The position numbers were made by a program, and so were the translations under genes. This document shows, piece after piece, positions 57,808 through 64,000 of a stretch of 64,000 nucleotides of DNA. The DNA is from Conexivisphaerales archaeon. GTDB lineage: Archaea; Thermoproteota; Nitrososphaeria; Conexivisphaerales; DTJL01. Below the pieces are notes generated by a model, which saw nothing but the letters and a program-made list of their open reading frames with translations, searched no databases and had not been told where the DNA came from. Location: assembly GCA_049509455.1 (NCBI GenBank), contig JBEKZX010000001.1:32001-96000 (forward strand), given 5' to 3'. Each line of letters opens with the position of its first letter. Position 1 is the first letter of the stretch.

Positions 57808-58259
57808 AAGGCTCATCTCGAGACGGGAGCCATATCCTGAGCGGTGAACATCCTGGGAATCCGCGGAAACCATCGTGCGGAGGCGCTCGACTCGCGCCTT
57901 CGGAATCAAGCCAATGAAGATGGGAGGCTTGTTGGCCTCTATGAGATGACCATCTCCGCGCCCTCCAAAGGAAACCTTCCCCAGTGCCTGGATGAACAGC
58001 CGGCTGATCAGCCTTCTTGTTCGTCGCCTGCCGTCCAACGCCCCAAGGTTCCTTGCGGTCGTCTCGACAGCCTTGCTGGCCTCCTCCCTCTTCGGCAGGT
58101 ACCCTTCGTGGACCACGTTCCATCTCATTGAGGACAGCTTCCTAAGCCCACCCACGTTCACTCCGGCGGCGTCACGATAGGCGCTCCTCCGCCTCCCTCA
58201 GGAAAGGGTCCTTGGGAGGCCAGAAGCTGGGGGCAGATGTTCGCATTTCCTGGGGGAGA

Positions 58260-58775
58260 TTAACGGAATCTCGTCTTCAGCGCGAGTGTAAGAGGTATCC
58301 CCAGCCCCACGCAAGCCACCAGCTCCCCGGCGAGGACCGATGCGAAGGAGACGACGGGGTCGGTAGAGTAGACCCACCCCAGGAGCACCACCCCTATGAG
58401 GAAAGCCACGATTACGCTGGCTTGAAGGGCTGCCACCACGAGCGATCCCAGAGACTGGTTTCTGCCTAACCAGTAGGCGAGCGAGCCCACCACGGCGTTG
58501 GCGATCGTCCCGATGAGTAGGTCGGGGAAGCCGTAGGGCGATATGAGGTTGGATATCATGACTCCCAGAGTCACGCCCAACACCCCCGCCACGCCCACCC
58601 TCCTGTTCCAGGGTATAGGCAGGAGCGCGTCGGTAATCCTCAACTGCAGGGGTCCAAAAGCGATGGAGGCGATGGCATACGTCCCTATTCCATACACGGC
58701 CGCAATGAGGGCAGTCTGGGCTAGCAGCTCAGAGCGAGGCTTGCGACGCCCTGCCATTACATTCTTAGTGTCCAC
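58260..58775 (-). CDS. queT: QueT-family transporter (ECF S-component-like)
   Basis: ALIAAVY, FGPLQLRITDAL, GVTLGVMISNLISPYG.PDL.IG; SD GGGAGG 8 nt upstream of GTG. Confidence 0.85.
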   Translation of the reverse strand: MDTKNVMAGRRKPRSELLAQTALIAAVYGIGTYAIASIAFGPLQLRITDALLPIPWNRRVGVAGVLGVTLGVMISNLISPYGFPDLLIGTIANAVVGSLAYWLGRNQSLGSLVVAALQASVIVAFLIGVVLLGWVYSTDPVVSFASVLAGELVACVGLGIPLTLALKTRFR

Positions 58776-58845
58776 ACTCTATTCCTCCCAACCGGGGTTT
58801 CTTGAGCGGAACGGTGGGAGGCCCCACCACCCGCCAGAGCCGGTC
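58776..58845 (-). promoter_or_regulatory. structured 5' leader with anti-SD (riboswitch-like candidate)
   Basis: Hairpin GGTGGG/CCCACC competes with pairing of CCTCCCACCG to CGGTTGGGAGG over the SD; TATA TTTAATATAA at 58858-58867. Confidence 0.5.
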
Positions 58846-59013
58846 ATCCTCCGCCCATTATATTAAACTTGACTTACTCCGACCGTCGGCCCGCCTCCGA
58901 GTCGAGAAAACCTCTGCAAACCTGGAGCTCCGCGAGTTTTCACGAGTGATTAATCAAATGTTTTAAAAACACATAACTCCACATCCTCTCCGTAAAAGGA
59001 GTCCTGCGTCTCA

Positions 59014-61734
59014 TTGGCTACCAAAGACCTGCTTCGACGGAAGTTCGCGGAGGACTACTCGAAGTACTACAAGGTCGCCCTCTTCAGCGAGGAGGGCTTC
59101 GCCCGAAGGCAGTGCAGCAACTGCGGCAAGTTCATCTGGACGACCACCGAGGCGATGCTCTGCCCCGACTGCCAGGGGTACTCCTTCATCGGCAGGCCCC
59201 CCACCAGCGTGAGGAAGGACTACACCACCGCCTGGGCCGCCATCGAGAAGTATTTCGTCGATCGCGGCCACACGAGCGTCAAGAGGTACCCCGTCGTGGC
59301 TCGCTGGAGGCCCGACCTTTACTTCACCGTCGCCTCCATAATCGACTTCCAGAGGGTGGAGAACGGGAAGATAATCTTCGACTTCCCCGCCAACCCCCTC
59401 ATCATCCCCCAGATGTGCTTGAGGTTCAACGACATCGAGAACGTCGGCGTGACCGGCCGCCACTACACGTCCTTCTGCATGGTGGGCCAGCACGCCGTGA
59501 ACAACGCCCACGGATACTGGAAGGACAGGACCATCGAGCTGGACTACGGGCTTCTCACCGGGCCTTTCGGCGTCCCCAAGGATGAGATAACCTTCGTCGA
59601 GGATGTCTGGCTGGGCTACGGGGCCTTCGGCTATTCTCTGGAATACTACGTGAGGGGCCTTGAAATCGGGAACGCCGTCTTCACGGAATTCGAAGGCTCG
59701 CCCGAGAGCTACGTCACGATGCCCCACCCCATAGTAGACATGGGCGCAGGCTTGAATCGTTTCTCCTGGATGACTCGGGGCACCCCCACTAGCTACGAGG
59801 CCGTCTTCGGTCCAGTTTACGACCATATCATCAAACGGCTGGGGCTCCACCCGGACTCGAAGCTATTGACGAGGTACTATTCCCTCGCCGGCTCACTGGA
59901 CGTCACCGAAGTGCAAAATCCCGTCGCCGCCAAGGAGGCCGTCGCCAAGAAGTTGGGCCTCACTGGCGAGGGCCTTGAAGCGCAGATCGCTCCAATGGAG
60001 GCGGTCTTCTCTCTGCTCGACCACAGCAGGACGTTGCTCTTCGCCATAGTCGACGGAGCGCTCCCCAGCAACGTGGCCGGCGGGTACAACCTCCGGGTCC
60101 TGTTCCGCAGGGCCCAGAACTTCATCGAGGAGTACGGCTGGGACATAACGCTGGCGGAGCTGGCTTCGCTTCATGCCGAGTTCCTGAAGCCCATGTACCC
60201 GGAGCTAGCCGAGGGCGTCGCCTCGGTGGAGGAGATATTTGACGTCGAAGAGAGGAGGTACGACGCCAGCAAGGCTCGCGTCTCGTCCATTGTCCAGCAG
60301 CTGCAGAAGTCCAAGAAGTCGCCGTTGCTAGAGGACCTCATCCGTCTCTACGACAGCGAGGGGGTCACACCGGAGCTCCTCAAGGAGAACGGCCTCTCCA
60401 TAACGGTCCCCTCCGATTTCTACATGAAGGTCACGGAAAGGCACATCGTCCAGAAGCAGGCGGAGGAGAAGCCCCTCTATGACACTTCCGGGCTGCCCAG
60501 GACCAGGCCGCTCTTCTACGAAGAGAGGTCACTCTTCGACTTCGACGCAAAGGTGCTCCGGGCCTTCCCGGGCGACGCCATCGTGCTGGACCAGTCGGCC
60601 TTCTATCCACGCTCGGGCGGCCAGGAGCCCGACTTGGGGACCATCGAGGGGGTCCCAGTGGTAGATGTCATCAAGTACGGCGACGTCATAGTTCACGTCT
60701 TGAAGGGGAGGGCCCCGGCAGAGGGGGCGACGGTTCACGGAAGGGTGGATCAGGTAAGGAGGGGCATCCTCATGCGCCACCATACGGCCACACATATCGT
60801 CAACGGGGCCGCGAGGCAGGTCCTGGGCCCGTGGGTCTGGCAGCATTCGGCCTACAAGGACATCGACAAGGCGAGGCTGGACATAACCCACCACAGCCAC
60901 CTAACCCGCGAAGAGATGCTCAAGATCGAGGAAGCGGCGAACCAGGTGGTCCGTGAGAACATCCTTGTCGACCTCCAGGTCCTTCCGCGAAGCGTGGCTG
61001 AGCAGAAATACGGCTTCAGGCTGTACCAGGGAGGCGTCATCCCCGCGAAGGAGCTCCGCGTCCAAAAGATCGGCGACTTCGACGTGGAGGCCTGCGGAGG
61101 GACCCACTGCCAGCGGACCGGGGACGTGGGCTACATCAAGCTCCTCAAGGCTGAAAGGCTGCAGGACGGCGTTGAACGCCTCGAGTTCGCGGCCGGAGGC
61201 CCCGCTGTGAAATACATGGCCGACGAGGAGTCGAGGGTCCTGAGCGTCGCCGAGCAGCTCCAGACTCAGCCTGATCAGATAACGACGGTGGTCGGCTCGC
61301 TGAAGGACGGGAACGACCAGCTGAAGAAGAGGTACAAGAGCATTTCGAAGGAGCTATCCGCCCAGATGGCCGCCAATCTCAACTCCATTTCGGAGGACAT
61401 CGGAGGGATTCGCCTCCTCTTCCTCGATGCCGACTACTACGACGATCAGGCGCACATTACCATGGGCGAGCAGATAGTCGAGAAGAGGCCAGACGCCATC
61501 TACGTCGGTGCGGCCAAGCTCAACGGCAGGTGCAGGATAATCATCTTCGCCGGCGAGAAGGCCAGGGCGGCAGGCGTGGACGCCTCCTTACTCGTCAGGG
61601 GATCCTCGACGCTGCTGAAGGGCTCCGGCGGCGGCACGGCCAAGATGGCCCAGGGGGGCGGCGAGATACCCGTCACGATGCAGCCCCTGAGAGACCTTAT
61701 AACTCGCCTCATAAGAGAGGCAACCAAACAGTGA
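59014..61734 (+). CDS. alaS: alanyl-tRNA synthetase
   Basis: YPVVARWR, FTVASI, QMCLRFND, editing motifs HHTATH and CGGTH, C-Ala GGGT..MAQGG. Confidence 0.97.
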   Translation: MATKDLLRRKFAEDYSKYYKVALFSEEGFARRQCSNCGKFIWTTTEAMLCPDCQGYSFIGRPPTSVRKDYTTAWAAIEKYFVDRGHTSVKRYPVVARWRPDLYFTVASIIDFQRVENGKIIFDFPANPLIIPQMCLRFNDIENVGVTGRHYTSFCMVGQHAVNNAHGYWKDRTIELDYGLLTGPFGVPKDEITFVEDVWLGYGAFGYSLEYYVRGLEIGNAVFTEFEGSPESYVTMPHPIVDMGAGLNRFSWMTRGTPTSYEAVFGPVYDHIIKRLGLHPDSKLLTRYYSLAGSLDVTEVQNPVAAKEAVAKKLGLTGEGLEAQIAPMEAVFSLLDHSRTLLFAIVDGALPSNVAGGYNLRVLFRRAQNFIEEYGWDITLAELASLHAEFLKPMYPELAEGVASVEEIFDVEERRYDASKARVSSIVQQLQKSKKSPLLEDLIRLYDSEGVTPELLKENGLSITVPSDFYMKVTERHIVQKQAEEKPLYDTSGLPRTRPLFYEERSLFDFDAKVLRAFPGDAIVLDQSAFYPRSGGQEPDLGTIEGVPVVDVIKYGDVIVHVLKGRAPAEGATVHGRVDQVRRGILMRHHTATHIVNGAARQVLGPWVWQHSAYKDIDKARLDITHHSHLTREEMLKIEEAANQVVRENILVDLQVLPRSVAEQKYGFRLYQGGVIPAKELRVQKIGDFDVEACGGTHCQRTGDVGYIKLLKAERLQDGVERLEFAAGGPAVKYMADEESRVLSVAEQLQTQPDQITTVVGSLKDGNDQLKKRYKSISKELSAQMAANLNSISEDIGGIRLLFLDADYYDDQAHITMGEQIVEKRPDAIYVGAAKLNGRCRIIIFAGEKARAAGVDASLLVRGSSTLLKGSGGGTAKMAQGGGEIPVTMQPLRDLITRLIREATKQ

Positions 61735-61740
61735 TTCGCA

Positions 61741-64000
61741 TTGGGCGACGTTGAGGCCAAGTGGGTGCGGCGATGGGAGGAGAGCCGGATCTTCCAGGCT
61801 GACCGCGACCCGTCGCGCCAGAAGGTCTTCGTCACCTTCCCTTATCCCTATATGAACGGGCCCCTCCACCTCGGGCACGCGTATTCAGCCCTCAGGGTGG
61901 ACGTGTTCGCTCGCTATCAGAGGATGAAGGGCTTTAACGTCCTCTTCCCGTGGGCCTGGCACTGGACCGGCCAACCCATTGTTTCGGCGGCAGAGCGCCT
62001 GTCGAGGGGAGACCCCCTCATGGTCCACGAGTTCCGTGACGTCGACCGCGTCCCTGACTCCGAGCTGGCCAAGTTCGAGGACCCCCTCTACATGGCGGAG
62101 TATTACACGGAGCACAACAGACAAGCCGTCAAGCTGCTGGGGATGTCGATAGACTGGCGAAGAGAGTTCCACACGTCCAGCCACGAGCCCGCCTTCAGCA
62201 AGTTCGTGGAGTGGCAGTACTTGAAGCTAAGGGAGCTGGGCTACGTCGTCCAGGGGACCCATCCCGTCGTCTGGTGCCCTCACGACAAGAGCCCCACGGG
62301 CGACCATGACAGGCTCGAAGGGGAGGGAGTCGCCTCAGAAGAGTTCACCCTAGTCAAGTTCAAGCTGGAGCTGGAGGACAAGTTCCTGGTGGCCGCTACC
62401 CTCAGGCCGGAGACCATCTTCGGCGCCACCAACCTATGGATTAACCCCGAGGGCTTCTATTCCGAAGTCGTCGTGGACGGAGAGAACTGGATCGTCAGCA
62501 ACGAAGCCGTGAACAAGCTGTCGGAGCAGGGGAGGACCGTCAGCATCATCCGGAAGCTCGACGGCCTCTCACTCCTCGACACGAAGTGCTTGGTCCCCCT
62601 GGTGGGGAGGACGATTCCAGTCCTGCCGGCCGTGTTCGTCGACACCGACAACGCCACCGGCGTGGTCTACAGCGTCCCCGCCCATGCCCCCTACGACTGG
62701 CTGGCCCTAAGGGACCTCAAGACGGGGAACGAGAAGCTGGGCGCTTACAAGGTGAAACCGGAGAGCGTAGAGGAGACGGTCCCCATTTCGATAATCAGCC
62801 TGGCGGGATACGGCCAGTACCCCGCCGTGGATGCCGTCAACGCCCTCCAGGCCGTTGATCAGCTCGACCCCAAGGGCGAGGTGGCCACCAAGGAGATCTA
62901 CAGCAAGGAGTTCCACCTGGGAACCATGAAAGAGAACTGTCTTTCATACTCCGGGATGAAGGTGTCAGCGGCGAAGGAGGCCGTCACAGGAGAGCTACTC
63001 AGGCTGCGCCTAGCCGACAGGATGTTCGAGCTCCCCCAGAAGGTCATCTGCCGCTGCATGACCAAATGTATCGTGAAGGTCCTCCAGGACCAGTGGTTCC
63101 TCCGCTACAGCGACCCTGCCTGGAAGGAGAGCTCACTCAAATGCATAGCGGCCGCCGAGGTCTACCCCGAGGAGGCGCGGCAGTGGTTCGTCGAAAGCGT
63201 GAACTGGATCAGGGAGTGGCCCTGCGCCAGGAAGGTCGGCCTGGGCACTCCCCTTCCGTGGGATAAGGAGTGGATCGTTGAGACGCTCAGCGATTCGACC
63301 ATCTACATGGCCTTCTACACCATCTCGCATATCATCCGCTCTCAGGGGATAATCGAAGAGATGCTCACCCCCGAGGCCTTCGACTACATCTTCCTGGGAG
63401 CCGGCGACCCCGCCGCAGTCTCGGCCAGCTGCGGCATCCCCGTAAAGGTCCTAGACGAGATGAGGGCGGAGTTCCTTTACTGGTATCCGGTCGACCTGAG
63501 GAACAGCGCGAAGGAGCTCGTCCCTAACCACCTCACATTCTTCATCATGCAGCACGTCGCAATGTTCAGGCCAAGTCAGTGGCCCAGAGGGTTGGGCGTC
63601 AACGGAATGATGCTGCTTGAAGGCGTCAAGATGTCCAAGTCGAAGGGCAACGTGATACCCGTCTCGACGGCCATCGGTGATCTGGGAGCCGACACGGTGC
63701 GCGGAACTCTTCTTTCCAGCGCCGAAGGGATGGACGACCCCGACTGGCGTTCCAAGAACGCAGAGGACATCCACGCTAGGGTGACTTCGCTTCCCTCTTT
63801 CATCGAGAAGGCCCTAGCCTCATCCATCGATCGCGAGGAGCTGCCCATCGACAGGTGGCTCACCGCCACCCTGCAACTCAGGATCTCCTCCGTGTCGCAG
63901 GCCGTGGAGAAGCTCAAGACGAGGACGGCCTTCCAGGCTGCCTTCTTCGACATCTGGAACGATCTGAGATGGTATCTCAAGCGGTCTTTACCCAGGAAGG
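61741..64000 (+). CDS. leuS: leucyl-tRNA synthetase, partial (runs off window)
   Basis: Hand translation from TTG 61741: TFPYPYMNGPLHLGH, ATLRPETIFG, ETLSDSTIYM, KMSKSKGN. Confidence 0.95.
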   Translation, partial: MGDVEAKWVRRWEESRIFQADRDPSRQKVFVTFPYPYMNGPLHLGHAYSALRVDVFARYQRMKGFNVLFPWAWHWTGQPIVSAAERLSRGDPLMVHEFRDVDRVPDSELAKFEDPLYMAEYYTEHNRQAVKLLGMSIDWRREFHTSSHEPAFSKFVEWQYLKLRELGYVVQGTHPVVWCPHDKSPTGDHDRLEGEGVASEEFTLVKFKLELEDKFLVAATLRPETIFGATNLWINPEGFYSEVVVDGENWIVSNEAVNKLSEQGRTVSIIRKLDGLSLLDTKCLVPLVGRTIPVLPAVFVDTDNATGVVYSVPAHAPYDWLALRDLKTGNEKLGAYKVKPESVEETVPISIISLAGYGQYPAVDAVNALQAVDQLDPKGEVATKEIYSKEFHLGTMKENCLSYSGMKVSAAKEAVTGELLRLRLADRMFELPQKVICRCMTKCIVKVLQDQWFLRYSDPAWKESSLKCIAAAEVYPEEARQWFVESVNWIREWPCARKVGLGTPLPWDKEWIVETLSDSTIYMAFYTISHIIRSQGIIEEMLTPEAFDYIFLGAGDPAAVSASCGIPVKVLDEMRAEFLYWYPVDLRNSAKELVPNHLTFFIMQHVAMFRPSQWPRGLGVNGMMLLEGVKMSKSKGNVIPVSTAIGDLGADTVRGTLLSSAEGMDDPDWRSKNAEDIHARVTSLPSFIEKALASSIDREELPIDRWLTATLQLRISSVSQAVEKLKTRTAFQAAFFDIWNDLRWYLKRSLPRK

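Noticed and set aside
58776-58845. Assignment of the queT leader to ZTP, TPP, FMN or preQ1-I riboswitch classes
   Set aside because: Only superficial similarity (CTGGCG, GGTGGG/CCCACC); the class-defining conserved segments are missing.
61732-61743. alaS-leuS fusion by readthrough (same frame, TGA plus two codons apart)
   Set aside because: Both proteins look complete on their own, and an in-frame neighbour arises by chance one time in three.
1-64000. CRISPR arrays, rRNA, SRP/RNase P RNA, transposases, integrases, amo genes
   Set aside because: No regularly spaced repeats or recognisable motifs found by eye; small diverged RNAs could have been missed.

Overview
GC-rich archaeal chromosomal segment. 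Unsplit Rpo1 and Rpo2, an ESCRT-III/CdvB-like gene, a Dph5-DUF357-like fusion and a PriL-PriX-like primase subunit point to Nitrososphaerota (Thaumarchaeota). The lineage is an inference: probably a non-ammonia-oxidising one, since no amo genes occur in this window. Core content: the rpoH-rpoB-rpoA-rpl30e-nusA-rps12-rps7-tuf block, alaS and leuS (partial), truD, pth2, dph5, nreA and a pyrF/pyrD/pyrE cluster. Energy metabolism: a group 3b-type [NiFe] hydrogenase operon (beta-gamma-delta-alpha) with hypA, hypC, hypD, hypE, hypF and a Cys-less Mrp-type ATPase. Four tRNA genes are present (Val-TAC, Asp-GTC, Lys-TTT, Lys-CTT); three carry BHB introns, two at non-canonical positions. Best leads: (1) a 5' leader with mutually exclusive SD-free and SD-sequestered folds in front of a QueT-family transporter (riboswitch-like); (2) a membrane-protein frame interrupted by two in-frame TAG codons; (3) a DeoC-like protein lacking the Schiff-base lysine, beside a tandem TRASH-like metal-binding protein; (4) a YgeW-like transcarbamylase; (5) C55 in the T-loop of both tRNA-Lys genes; (6) an att-like copy of the tRNA-Val 3' end bracketing a TspO/SOUL pair. 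No CRISPR array, rRNA, transposase or integrase was seen. All family assignments are from motif recognition by eye; no searches were run.
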